A DNA stretch of 64,000 bases from Blasia pusilla (lineage: Eukaryota), in assembly GCA_050084515.1 (NCBI GenBank), contig CM114271.1, positions 38,936,001 to 39,000,000 of the forward strand, read 5' to 3'. Shown here piece by piece: positions 14,369 to 27,614 of the stretch. The first letter of the stretch is position 1. Every line of letters starts with the position of its first letter. The notes below the pieces were generated by a model. That model ran no database searches. It was not told where the DNA came from and saw only the letters and a list, made by a program, of their open reading frames with translations. Position numbers and translations under genes: made by a program.

Positions 14369-15200
14369 CTAGTAGATCTCTTTGGAGGAATGAGCATAGA
14401 ATTACCTCTAGTTTTGTAGGCCAGTCTACAAAGAAATTGATATCTATATATCAAGAGAGGTGAGATTGCACTACAAGTCTCACTATGCCATGTGGTGAGG
14501 TTGGTCAAGAAATATTTTGATTTTTTATCAATAGTGACAATATGTGGGTACCATCATACATAACCTACTGATATTTCATTGTTTGGGGCGCAAAATTTGG
14601 ATAGTGTTAGCACCATTCATTGAAAAAAAAGTTTATTTCTACATGGCCATGTCAAGGTTATTGATTGGTTGGTTGTTGGCTTGGTTTGCGAGATAGAAGA
14701 TTAAGCATATTTTAGGAGATCCTACGGGTATCATGGTACTTGCAAGAGAGTTAGACATGTTCTCCAATATACATTCAAGAGAATGTGTCGTTGTTAGAAG
14801 ACACTCACGCACCAGTGATGACAACTGTGCATCACATAAAACTTCTACATTAAAGATACTGAAGCAAGCTTATAATGGAATTTAAGGAGAAGTGCACTTG
14901 ATAATGGATGTTATCTTGCATCTAGGGCCAAGATCTTAGGTGATATACTATTTTTTCCTAAGCCAAAAGGATGGAGCACTTGAGGGCACCATTATCTACT
15001 TTGGTGAGTTTTAAGACATTCCATGCCTTTCGTTCGGGAGGACCACGAATTATATGGGATAACCAAATACAAGGACTAGGGCCTATTGTTGACAAGCAAA
15101 AGCACGTGATGGGTTTTCCAATGGGTATGCAAGAGGCATCACGAAGACAAGTGTTGGGTCAAAAAATAGATTTGAACTATCTCATATGGATAGTGAGCTT
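14369..15200 (+). pseudogene. DNMT3-like C5-cytosine methyltransferase domain inside retrotransposon pol (copy A), frameshifted with stops
   Basis: Motif I LVDLFGGMS (starts 14369); motif IV WPCQG (14644-14658); motif VI ENV (14779-14787); motifs IX/X HVMGFP...SRRQVLGQ in ORF 14971-15246. Confidence 0.88.
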
Positions 15201-15459
15201 ACGTTTGGTTGAGCTATATCACATGCGAATGTCATCCATGGTTTAGCACATTGCCTAAGTGGATTGTTGAGGCATTGACTTGGGACAAGAAGATGAGAGA
15301 TAGGCATCCATGAACTTCCTAAGACCTGATTCAAAAAGAGATTGTGAAGGCACACACAGTGGTACATGTTTTTTTTTTTTTAGATGTGGGGCATGATATG
15401 GGAGATCCAAGCACGTTGTTTATATTGAGGTATATAGGATTCTTGAGTTCTAACTAAAA

Positions 15460-16600
15460 TTGTGTCGTGACCCTCATTACCAAATGAATGCTAAGCAAAA
15501 CATGAGAACTCTAGTGGGCTCACGTTAGGATGGTTTGTGCATTGGAGAGGTCTCTTGAAGGAGACACGAGGTGTGAGACACAAAAAAGGTTGAGCATTTC
15601 ATAAATTTATGGTTGCGACTAGGAAATCTGAATTAAACGTGAACTAAGACTTGACAGGAGTCGAGTCTAGGAAGAGTGGCTGCCAAAAAGGTGAGAATCG
15701 GATTTGGAACATGACTAGTGTTTGGGGTTTTGACTATATTTTGGACCATAACTTTGAGTCATGAGACGCGTTTGGGACAAGTAAGGTAGAGGTGGAAAGC
15801 TTATGCAAAGTCAGTTCCAATGTATCAAAGATCTCAACAAACGCACAAGCAGAGGTTGAGAAACTGCCCAAAAATAATTGTGTAGGGAGTTGGATTGAGG
15901 GCCAAAAAGAGAGACCCGAGAGTATTTTCCCAAAAGATAGGGGGAGGGCGGAGAACCCCGAAAGTACTAGTAAGGAGGAAGGTCTCAAAGAGTGCTTGGG
16001 ACTCGAACCCCACATTGGGGCGGCGCGGGGCGAACTAAGGGCACAAAATGGATCGGGAGTTTGTCCTTGGGATTCGGAACCAGAACCAAAAGTCCAATAC
16101 ATTGGATTTTTAAGTCACTTTTGGATTCCAACCCAAAAATTATTTAAGTGGATCTCAGTTAGGGGCTCATGAGAGTTCCATTGGACAGTTGGGGCCGCCA
16201 GACATGCAACCATCATTTTAGGTGCCTCGACTATCCAGAAAGTCTATCCCAAGTCTCGGAAGACTTGTTTGTGTGGGGAAGTGAGGAACTAGGAAGGTTG
16301 AGCTTGATGAAGTACTGAGTTGAGAATTGGATAAGTTGAAAGACTGATTGACCCAAACCGGACTAACGTGAGTATGTTTGGGTGTAGATTAGCAATGAAA
16401 GTATGTCCTACTGAACTTACATTTCTACAACACTAGAAATTGACGTACAAGAAGAGTAGGTGCACGAAAAACTGAATCTTCTTCCTTGAGTAAGGTCATA
16501 ATGGAGACTTGGAAGGTTGAGGTAGATCTCGAGTTAATAGGAGGAGACAGATGTCGAGTTCGATGATTCTTGAGAGGATATATGAGTTTTTTTTGTCTTC
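15460..16600. mobile_element. Probable nested LTR-derived insertion between the MTase and RT of copy A
   Basis: Starts with LTR-like TGTCGTGACCC; no pol motifs inside; 16295-16430 resembles 30245-30385. No TSD found. Confidence 0.4.
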
Positions 16601-18483
16601 AACATGAGGGATATGGGTACTTTGAAGGATCTTGGTATATATATAGATTTGGCTAGTGATACATCAATCTTCCGTTGATCCTACAAGTACTTTGATATGG
16701 AGAGAGCCTTGATTCAGGGTAGTAGTTAAGACTTTTGAGAGGCGAGATTGGTAGAATTATTGCATGGAGAGTATGAATATGCCACAATCATGCTAGTGAA
16801 TAAGGATATGTATGGTAATTGGACATATAAGTGACTATGTGGAGATTATCGTCCTATCAACCGCCAGACGAGCTCGATGAACCAATACGCCATGCCTACT
16901 CTTTAAGAGAATTCTTATGTGATTGGGCATGCAAAGATCTTCATTACTTTAGATCTTTGTGTTGGCTATCTTCAACTTCATAGCAAGGGTGAAGACATGG
17001 AGTGCAAGGAAAAGATAAAATTTGGGGGATAAATAGGTTTGGGAGAGATTCTTTGTAGTAGTGTCAATTCTTACCAATTGGGTTGAAAAACATCCCTACA
17101 TAGTTCCATGGGGTCATGGATAGGATTTGAAGTATGTGGTTTGAAGTATGTAAGAAGTTACATTGATGATATTATCAGCTTCAATCCATAATTGAGAAGC
17201 ATGAGCGACACTTGGAGGAGATGTTTTGCCAATTGCAATTACATGGACCTGAAACTTCATCCACGCAAAAGCAGATCCTTTCAAGATCAGATTGAATACA
17301 CCCTCAAATATGCTACGCCCTATAGATGTAAGTCGAGTGTGAGCATTTCTATGATTAATGAACTTCTATCTTCAATATGTTAAGGGTTTCAGTGTGATCG
17401 CAAAATCTTTGACCTTGTTTACTAGACTTGTTTAAATGTGGTATTACTGTATTGGGAAGATGATCATGAGCAAATTTTTTGGATTACAAGGATAGGTTGA
17501 CTTCCTCGCCTATTTTACGGAGATGTATGAAGGATCATCCATTCCAATTACATATGGATTGGGGTATGTTGGGTTTAGAAGTTGTGCTTATTGAAAGAGA
17601 CAACAAGTAAAAAGAATTCATTGTGCCTCATGCAATTCCATAGAAAAATATTGTAGCAGGAGAGTGTTACCTAGGAAATGTGCAAAGGGTTGGATGTGAC
17701 ACTTGGAAGTCATCTACTTCCAAATGACCATAATTCCAATAACTAATTCCCAAGAACCAACTTTACAGGTTTGTTAGCAAACATCCAGTGAGAATATCGG
17801 CCCACTATTTTATAGAGGATTTTTTACTCCGGATTGACATTCAATTTTCCATATAGGGGCTTCCCGTAGAAATACCCTAAGCCAAGTGCACAACATTCTT
17901 TTCCCATGATTAAAAAAAAAAAACAAGCATTATGGACGTGAAGACTCAAGAAATGCTCGCCCGCCCACCCACAACTTGCCAGGGCCGACTTTGGGAACAT
18001 CCCACGACACCAAGTCCCTCCCATGTGGGGAGTTGCTTCGCTCGCGCTCAATATAGTGACCGGCCCTTAACGGTGACAACAAGGAAGAGCGAGGACAGAT
18101 CTCTATAAACGACAAAAGACGTTAACCTCAGAGGCTCAGATAAAGGCGGTCTGGTCTTGGAGGTCGGTCAAAGGAAAGTAGGAAAGTACACAACAGTCGA
18201 AAAGATTTACTAGTGTTTACTTCCACTTGTGCGTACGTGTAATTGACTACCCTCCTGTCGTCGCCGCCGCTACTGCCCGAAAATGGCGCTTGTCCTCCGG
18301 CTTTGGAGGTTTGGGTGCTGTTTCCGGCTTTTGTGGGCCACCACCTCAGATGTCGGGAGGAGCTGCTGGTGGTGGCTGTGAAAGAAGGAGCTTACCATAC
18401 TTAGCTGGACTATTTATTAGGGCTGTACTGACTTGTATTCTCGTTTTAGCGAAGCTAAGCGAACGCGTTTTAGTCGTTTTCGT

Positions 18484-19200
18484 TGTCCAGTTGGGGGGTG
18501 AGAGGATAGCCACTCACGATGCAGTGCGGGATATCATGTTCAATATTGCTCGGGAGAGTGGCTTCCATGTGCAGAGAGAGAGGCACTACTCCATGCGGGA
18601 TTCCCTCATTCGTGCCGATCTCTACATGACACGTGAGGCTGAGGTGGTGGTGGCGGACGTGGTAGTCACAGATCCTACGTGGGAGGCAGTGCGAGCCCAA
18701 GTGGTGGCCCAAGGGTGAATGCTACAAGGAGCGGCGGCGGCGGCGGCGGCGAAGAAGACACATATCTCTGATCGACTACACGAGGACACATCTTCATCCC
18801 CCGGCCATAGAGATGTATGGGGCTATGGGGGGAGAGGTTCGACTTCGTTCTTTACGGATGCGCCCATCATCTCCACTCGAGAAATGGGTTGTCCTTAGCT
18901 CTGCGATTCAGTATTGTAGGCGTGGTCTCCATAGCGTTAGCGTGCCCAGGCTAATGGGATTTTTGCGGCGGGCTCGGTATGGGGAGACGCCGGCGCTAGA
19001 GGCCCACTTAGTAGTAGTCATAGCTCTCTTGTTGTTGCTGATATTGTCTCTGCTTTGTTGGTGAGTTTAAAGTCGTTAGGGGGAATGCCCCCTTCTTCCT
19101 TTTCTGGTCTTGTTGTGGCCTTCAGGTTTTGACTCTTTGAGTCCCCCTCTTTTGTACTTCCGATGGGTTTTCCATCACTCGTTTTTATCGAAGTGCATCT
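18484..19200 (+). mobile_element. 3' end of a CRE-clade non-LTR retrotransposon (RLE endonuclease domain plus 3' UTR), copy 1
   Basis: GGERIATHDAVRD...RE...RADL...DVVVTDP...EMYGAMG RLE signature; near-identical to 35450-36155. Confidence 0.82.
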
Positions 19201-20249
19201 TTTTGTTTTTCTAATCAATTTTGTTATTGGTCAGGTTTGCTATTCACGGTTGCACCCACTTCTGTTATCATTTTAGTGATCTTCCAACTTTGTTAGTAGC
19301 CGTTAGATGCATTCGATAATATCGAATGCATCTATTCACCATAAGATGGACGGAAATCATCATTGTGTAGAAAAAGGATTCTCTACATCCAATAATTTAT
19401 TTTTCTAAAATAATTTATTTTTCTCAATCAAAATTGAGAATTCCAAAAAACTTAATTAAAATAAATAAATGTAGACGATGGGGAAATTTAGGAAGGAGAT
19501 TTAAGAAAAATTTAAGGAGACAAGAAAAAATTTATTTAAAAAAATTATTCATGAAAAAGAATTAAATAAATAAATTTTTATAGTTATATTCCATTCTCTC
19601 CTATGCTTAATAAAGAATAATATTAAAAGAATTCAAGTGTGAAAGGCATTACACATGGCAAGCACAAATAACTTGTGAAGAAGGAGGCTAACACAAATAA
19701 TAATAAAAGTTAAGGTTATGTTGACTCTTGTTTTGGTTTATATGATTATTAATTGGTAATCCAATATTTTTGTGTAAAACCTATTTTTGAGGAAAGTAAA
19801 ATAAAGCAATTAAAAAGATAATTTTCTTCATAATTTTAGTGTGAATTCCATGAAATGATTTGGTTTTTCTCCAAACCAAGATGGTCCAATTTCTACTTCA
19901 AAAATAAATAAATAAATAAAATTTTATGTTTTATGTTACTAATATGAAATATACTCTATATTCTTAATAGAAGATGTGCTTTTTCAACAAATTTTAATTT
20001 TGGAATATCACTTCTTCAAAGAATTTACAAAAAAATATTTGGATGAGAAAAATATATTTATAGAATGAAATATTATGAGAATTAGTATATTCTATTAACA
20101 AAAGATGCCCCTTGATGAGGGTGATTTCATTGCATGACTCATAATTTATTATAAGATTTCCAAACATATCTATTTTATGAGCAAGTGCACAGCGTTTCAA
20201 ATATTATTGGAAATTTCTCATACACTATGCATTTACAATAATATCTTGA

Positions 20250-21900
20250 ATACTATCAAGAAGATTGTATGGGCCGCCTAGAAATAACTCAAACCATTTC
20301 CACAACTCTTAGTGTAGTAAAAAAAAAACCTTGACGTCTACTACTTGCATCAAGCTATGAAATTACAAGAAAATAGCCCGTCAATATCTTTAATTATCTC
20401 AAATATATAACAATGTGTATCGTATCACCCATTTGTGCCCATCACACTTGCTGAGAATAAATAATTTGTGGCATAGCTATAGCCACAAATTCTGTACATT
20501 ACATCTAGAAATTGTGGTAGGCCATAATAAACTCAACCTTTCATGCTCTCTTTCTTTTCCTTTAATCCTTCCCATCTAAATACCCCTAAATGCATATGTA
20601 TCCATCATGGCATGCAATGCCTCTCTCACCTGTAAGGCACCGTCCAACATGATAAAGTTTGTGGAAAAATATGTGTTAGCTAGAAGTAATAATCCTCTCT
20701 TAAATTATTTGGTTTCCATGATATTTTCCATCAACAAAGTTCTTGTCTTCACAAAAACTACCATCTTGTAAGCTTGTGAAAATATTCTCTCCATACAAGG
20801 TCAAGAGAATGTGATACATAGCATGTAAGAAAACTTTGCTTCAATTCGTTTCCATGTTTCTTGCTCATTGCTAGAGCTTTCCTTGACAAGTTGCAACACA
20901 TTCCTTTGCCTTATGTACATTATGGTCCTCTCTATGTGAGTTGCCAACCATTTAGCCATTTAGGATTCTCTCTTTGTGTCTACTAACACGATCATTATCT
21001 CGTCAGGTAGACGGAATATCATGGTGTTTTCTAAAGACTCGCTCCTCACATTGGTCCAACTATGATAATTGTGGCTCACAAGCAAAGATTGTTTAGTGTA
21101 TTATCAATTGTTTCCTTTAGATTGCCCTTTTATTTCGCTAATAGAGTGATGTGTAATGAATTGTAACTTAGACTTGAAGAACCCTTCACCTTTATTGTTG
21201 TCAATACCACTAGCTTGAGAGAATTCGGTTTTACTTTGTTGAATGGCATATCACATTCATATAAATATTTTCCCCACATGTCGTTTGCAACTTCTTTTCC
21301 TTGGAGATATAAAGAATCCCTCAAATTTTCTTGCTTCCTTCTTTTGTTGCTACTTGTAGGCGTTGGCCAAGTAACTACTTTGTATTCGTCGTGCATTTCA
21401 TATAGTGCTAGGTTTGGAACCATGTCTCTATCAAATACAAAATAAACACCATTACTTGTCACTTGTAAATTTGGCTAGAATGATGTTATCTCCTCCACTT
21501 CACTCGATTGCATCACTTCCCTATCACATCGTACTATCTTAGTAGCCGATAGGTAGAGATCTATTGCGGCGATGGCATAGAGAGCCAACAGATTGTCTTG
21601 AGTATAACTTCGTCTCGAGGTGTCGAAAAAGGTTGAGGAATCAGGATAGGTCCGTTGTGTCAGAAACGTCATTTCCGACGACATTCTTGTTTTGGTCTTT
21701 GTCAGCTGGGTGACTTGTTGAGCAGGTCACACACCCTTGGTAACCTGTGCATGCAAGTTACCAAGAGGATTGCTATTTTTAAGGGAAGAGCTTGTTGGCT
21801 CTTCCCACACCTATGGAAGAGAGGAAGATGGCTTTCCCAAGAAATCTTTCTCATGTTGGGCCATTGGAGCATCTCTCTTGCTCGTGTGCTAGGTAGAAAC
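20250..21900 (-). pseudogene. hAT-superfamily transposase remnant (DUF659-type)
   Basis: KYLYECDMPFN...SYNSLHITLLAK (ORF 21130-21462) resembles the FFYE.GIPFN...PSY..LR..LL block; downstream WTNV, NVLQLV, SCMYHIL and ATNY fragments follow in order. Heavily disrupted. Confidence 0.65.
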
Positions 21901-23214
21901 TAGGGTGTTGGCGTTTGGATTCCCTCATAGCGAAGGGTGGATGAGTGCCAATGTAGATTGAGGAGTAAGGTTTTAGGCCAGGTGTGCCATTTTTACTTTG
22001 ATTTTTGTTGTGGGGTCTCAATGTATATGTGTGAGTTTGTTTGGTTTATGGATGGATGAACTTGTGTATTGGGAAGATCGGTGTTGTGTGGTGTGTAGGT
22101 GTGACCAGTGATGCGGTTTTTGTAGCGATGTGTATGCGCACAACATCCCTCATTTGTCCATTTCCTACAAGTGTCTTATTTGAAGATATCATGTTGCATG
22201 CTAGGAGGGGCCTTCACACATAGCTTTTCATGATAAGTGTCCACATTTCCATCCCTTGTCTTTCATCTCTCATTTATAAAATACTCTAACATCCATGTAA
22301 AAACATGTTTGACAAAAAGTAATATGTGGGAAAAGAGGAAGTGGTTTAAGAATGTGACAGAAAAGAAAATGAGCAATTTTGTGTGAGAGAGGATGAAAAA
22401 ATGGGAAATCATATTTCTCCCTTTTTCCCCATCCACATCCATCTCCATTTACTATCATAATTCAAACAAAATTGACTAATAAGCACAAGGTAAATCTTAC
22501 ATTTGTTTCCTTAATCCTAATTTTCTTGACCCTTTCTTCAATAATCCTATCCCATTTTCAACTACCCTATCCTAACCTCTCCCTATATCTAGGGCGCTCC
22601 ACTGCCATTCACCCCCCCTTTCCCATATCCCATTTCCCCCATGGTATCACTCTCCTATGTCTTGCCCCCATCACCACTTCCCTCCTCCACCATCCTTGCT
22701 TCCTTGCTCCGCCTCCCTCATCTATGGGGAGATCTAGGGTCCTCTTCTCTTCTCCCTACCCTCACCTTACCTCCCTCCTCCCACTTTCACATGGTACATG
22801 GATGACTTGGGTTCCATTGATAATTGCGTACGGGTGCGGGATCCAATGTTTGTGCATGTCTGTTGTAAGGATTAATTTGTTCATTTTCATGCAACTTTGG
22901 ACTAATGATAGGAGAAGAATTTTGCTCTAGCAGCCAACCAAGGATAAATTTTGAAACTTGAACTGACATCTCAAATCAATGAGCATTTTTTGGTCTAGTA
23001 TCTAGGAAAAAACCAGTGTGCATCACAAACCATTGTGGACTTGTTGGTTTGCTTCCAAGAGAGATCCAAAGATCCACAAAATTAGATACTTCGAGTCTAA
23101 GATTGAAGGCAATATTCAATTCCAATGGTGAGTCACCAAGCAAGTGGACCAAGACTTTCCATTTAATTTTGCACAACACAATCGACACTCAACTCTTTTC
23201 TTTCTTTCTTGACC

Positions 23215-23218
<4 letters not shown>

Positions 23219-23282
<64 letters not shown>
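23219..23282. repeat. (TA)n microsatellite
   Basis: Direct read of the sequence. Confidence 0.97.
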
Positions 23283-23285
<3 letters not shown>

Positions 23286-25169
23286 GTTACAAAAGAGGAT
23301 TTGCCCTACAATCTCTCTTAGATGCTAATCACTTTATTCTACATGATGATAGTTGCCCACAAATCTATATTTTGACATGTAAAAATAGTTATTATTTAAT
23401 ATAAAAAACCTTTGAAAAAATCATAAGGGAATAGTGAAGTCTCTATTTTCTTTTCTGGATTAGAATTAGAATACATAATACATAGTTTCTAAAAGAAATT
23501 ATTAGATTATATATTTGATCTTGCTAAGAATGATAGTGAACGGGTCGCTATTTATTCTACCAATGCCTTACACATCACTTTTTTTATTTGTCCATAGCAC
23601 GAGGGACTTGACCCGTATCCCTCTCACACCTTTTATAAAAACTCTTCGATATTTATAATCTAACTATTTGGATGTCATTGTTGGCCCATAGATTTTATGT
23701 ATTTAAAACTAATAAATTTTAAAAAAATGTTATTTCAATACGAATACTTCCAAAATCCCTATTCAGAAAATAATTCACACCCCAGAGTCCCCACAGATAC
23801 GTACGAGACCTAATTTCAACTGGAGCACGTGTGTCCTGCCGGCCGGCTCAGTTTTCAAAAAGCCCGGCCGACAGTTTCTGAAAATCTTGGAAAGCAATGA
23901 CAAACTTGGCGGCCAGTTCCCGACGTCGGGAACAGGGATTCTTTTTCTAACTCGAGAACTGTCCTGTCGGGAAACCCGGTGACTATAAATTTATTTAGTA
24001 TAAAATAAAATAACTTCCCTGGCGCAGTGCGCTGATTGGATGGACTGGTGGATGTACATCTTGCCGACCTTCCAGATTGTCCTTTCGCAGTTAGGGTAGG
24101 GCAACAATATCTAATTCGTTTCCAAAATTCGATTGCCGTCAGGAATCAGGATGGACGTGCAGTTCACTGAGTTATTGAACTGTTATTCAACACGTCGACG
24201 GCACATGTACGTACCTTTCCGGTCACTCTTTCTTCGTTCGCGTGTGCCCTTCTGTCAACGAGATATTGGATTTTCACACCTTTGGGCTTTTCTGATGCAA
24301 CCAAGCACGAAAAATTAATCTGTATTCTAATCGGAAGATGATTTTTTAAGTTGCATTATACTTTTTTTATCTAAATTTTTTTGTTAATTTTAAGGAGTTA
24401 TATAAAAATTGGTAAGGAGAGTTAGGATTAAACATGAACGATTAATAAAGGTCCTTACTCATATGTTTAACAAGAGATCTAGCCCTCTGGAATTAATTTT
24501 GATTTACATGATAATTATTTCATCATGGTCACATTTTGTAACGGAGTGAGAAATTGGAGTTTTTCTAGGGTATTTGAAAAATAAATGCATGACATGATAA
24601 AAAAGAAGTCATTGGAAGTGCAAGGAGGGGCACTCGAGAATGGAAGAACGCTTAGGCCACACGGAGATTACTAAGAAAAATGAGGCACTCCTAAGGGATT
24701 TGGGGGCTCCTTTCTTGGATTCTCCACTATTTTTGGGAGGCCATGGTATGAACTTTCATCCAATTCCAGAAATGTTCTTACAACGTTTGGAATCTTCAAG
24801 TAAGTCTAAAATTGAGGTGCCAATGCTTTCATCACATAGTACTGAATAAAAGGGGATGGGGGTTAAAAGCAAGGGTTGTAAATGTACATGAATGTAACAA
24901 AAAATGTACATTAATTTAACATCATTTATGGACACAAATTACACAACATACACGAACGTAAGTGTGGTTGTCTTTGGATGGCTAAATCTTGTATCTCTAC
25001 ATCACTCATATGGGATTTAGACTTTCATGGCCAAGCCACTTAAGAGTCACGCAAGAGAGGTGACCAAATGTAAACTAAGTCCTCCAAAGGAGATGCAATA
25101 TGCTTTCCTACCAATCATACATCTATATGAATACATGCGAGAACAGGTGGAGGCAAGGATCGAACGGTT

Positions 25170-25542
25170 GTACTTGTACGGGCTATGAGCCCTTGCCGAG
25201 CCCGCATTAAGCCTGTCTGGCCAGTAGAGGGCCACCACAATGCCTCTAAAGCTCATGGTTGACCCATGTCGGAAACCTCTGAGGGCCAATGCATGCCACA
25301 CGAGTTGGATGGCAATCACTTCCGGGCTAAACAGGCTCAACGTGGATTACGCGCGGGCTCAATGCGGGCCTCCGCGAGCTCATAGTGGGCCTCCGCGGGA
25401 AATATAATGGGTGGCAAGAATGGGTGATGGGTTGTTGGACTAGAAGCGGAATAGTCGATTCAAGGTCTATGTTGCAGGACGAGGGAACTCGAGACCCCAT
25501 GGACATGTCCGCGGACACAAACCTTTTCTGTGTCCAACCTTG
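25170..25542. mobile_element. Truncated hAT-type MITE (same family)
   Basis: Ends GGACATGTCC...GTGTCCAACCTTG; GC-rich interior like the other copies; left TIR not found. Confidence 0.6.
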
Positions 25543-25759
25543 CTCATAGGCAAGGGTCAAGGGAAAAAGGGAATGAAAGACTAAGTGATGTTGAGGATCG
25601 AAGAGCTCACCAAGGCGGGAGAGAGAAAACCGATGCCAAATTTTTAGGACATTGAGACTAAGCTCACAAACAAGAAAGAGAGATTTGAGGGTAAATTGAG
25701 CACGACCAAATTTTCAGGACCGTCAAATATTAATGAGTTCTCGAATAGGCGAGATAGGA

Positions 25760-25871
<112 letters not shown>

Positions 25872-27162
25872 CTACAAATTTGTGGATCGTTCACCTAAGG
25901 TGGAAAAATTCTTGCAATTTCCATACGCACAACGGACGTATTAGTGAGAAGGATTGAGAGACTTTAAATATCATATAGTGGGATAGCACAAATATGAGCA
26001 AAGAAAAATATATGGAACGTTGGATATATGGAAACTTGATTCGAGTGGATTATAAGGGTTAGAGCATATGCATTGATAAATAAGGCTGCCATGTTGATTG
26101 ACATTGTGCTCTGAATTGATGGACTAATCCCGCCCTAAAATTGGGGTGTATCGTCTTCAAGTTGACCAAATTCATTATGTGGTTGCTCCTATAATGGATA
26201 TAATTGTTGAGAACATATAAGAGTGGAGAAGAAAAATTAAGATGTCATAGAATTTGTGATGCTAGCTAGGTTCACTAGGTCATGAATTGATGAATGACAC
26301 TATAGTAGGATTTGTAGTAATATAGAATCAAAGTGGCACTGCTTCTACTTCTTGGACTCCAAGAACCCACAATTGAGAAAGGTCAAGTTTGTGGAGGAAA
26401 TGAATTCCAATATTAAAGTATGCTTTGGAAAATGCGATTAAAACCTTCCAATCGAGCCTCCTTTCCTAATCAAATGATAATATTAAGTTATTTTTAACTC
26501 AATTTGAAATAGGCAATATGGCTTGTGGGACCAGTATCTTTCAAACGTGTTGTGGAAACTCTTGCATAACCATGTGGAGAAATTTTCACGTCACAAAGCA
26601 TGCAGTCTACCATCCTCTAACTTATCTTGGCTATACTTAGTAAAAGAAAGTATTGCTAATCTGAGCATTTTTACTACTTTGAATAGTTCATTAACATTCA
26701 ATGACAATAAACCAAGGTGGTGATTACTAGCGATACAAAGGACTTGAGGCTACTAGTTGGGGGAGATCATAAAGTTTTATGTGTATGGATATGAGACAAT
26801 ATGTTTTTGAGTTGATTTGCCATTGACTAGTTGATGCTATGCGCGAGACAACAAGTGCAGAGCTAAATGAGCTCCCATATCTAGTTTATGTACCCTCGGA
26901 TCAATCGACTGGAAAACGAGTGGGTGTGCAACTCTTAGAAGATATTCTCTATCTAGATTTAGTGTTTCATCAAGAGCAAAAAGGTGCCTAGATACGCTTT
27001 CTTGATTGAGCGCAGGAGAGTGTGTTGAATATCTTATGAGAAATTTGTATTGAAGATTAAGTTATAATCAAGCTCGTTGGACACCCGAACTGCTTTATTT
27101 GGTACTCACACAAAGTAGGAAAGCTTAATATTCGTTACTTAGTTAAGCACAAGTATCTTAAC

Positions 27163-27614
27163 CAAGGTTGCACACGCACAAAATCCGTGTCCGTGGACTT
27201 AAGTTCATCCTTAAGAGGGACATGTCCGTACGGGCTCTAGTATCCGCATCCTGCACCCAAGCCCATCCTTGAGCATGCATTGCATGTAATGTAAACGTGG
27301 GCTTGGCAACCCACACTCGTTTTGTAGCCCGCATTGGCCCGTAGGCTCATGCATGTAGGCCGGCCCGTAGCCAGGCCTACATTGTAGGTCTGAGCCTGCC
27401 CAGCCGCGGGCTAATATGGGCTTGGGAGAGCTCTATAGAGACTAGGCAAGGGCTCATAGCCAACACACCTGTTCGATCCTTGCCTTGCCAAGATCGCATT
27501 GTTTCTTGCTTCCCAAGCCCGTGCGGGCCACCTAGGTGCCAAAAAAACCAAGACCGGGAACCCTTTGGGCATGTCTGTCCCTTACACTAACTTTTTCATT
27601 TATGTGCAACCTTG
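27163..27614. mobile_element. hAT-type MITE, complete
   Basis: TIRs CAAGGTTGCAC / GTGCAACCTTG; perfect 8-bp TSD ATCTTAAC (27155-27162 and 27615-27622). Confidence 0.93.

Larger units (their letters stand above)
11700..17660 (+). mobile_element. Degenerate Ty3/Gypsy retrotransposon with order protease - C5 DNA methyltransferase - RT - RNase H (copy A)
   Basis: Protease VLLDSGAEPLML (~12623-12658); MTase motifs at 14369-15190; RT KDMYGNW..LCGDYRPIN (~16802-16861), TLDL..GY, LPIGLKN, YIDD (17159-17170); RNase H PFQLHMDW (~17539). The 5' boundary (gag) is only weakly supported. Confidence 0.88.

Noticed and set aside
18050-18070. PIF/Harbinger-like TIR end (GTGACCGGCCC-TTAA)
   Set aside because: No matching opposite end found in the window.
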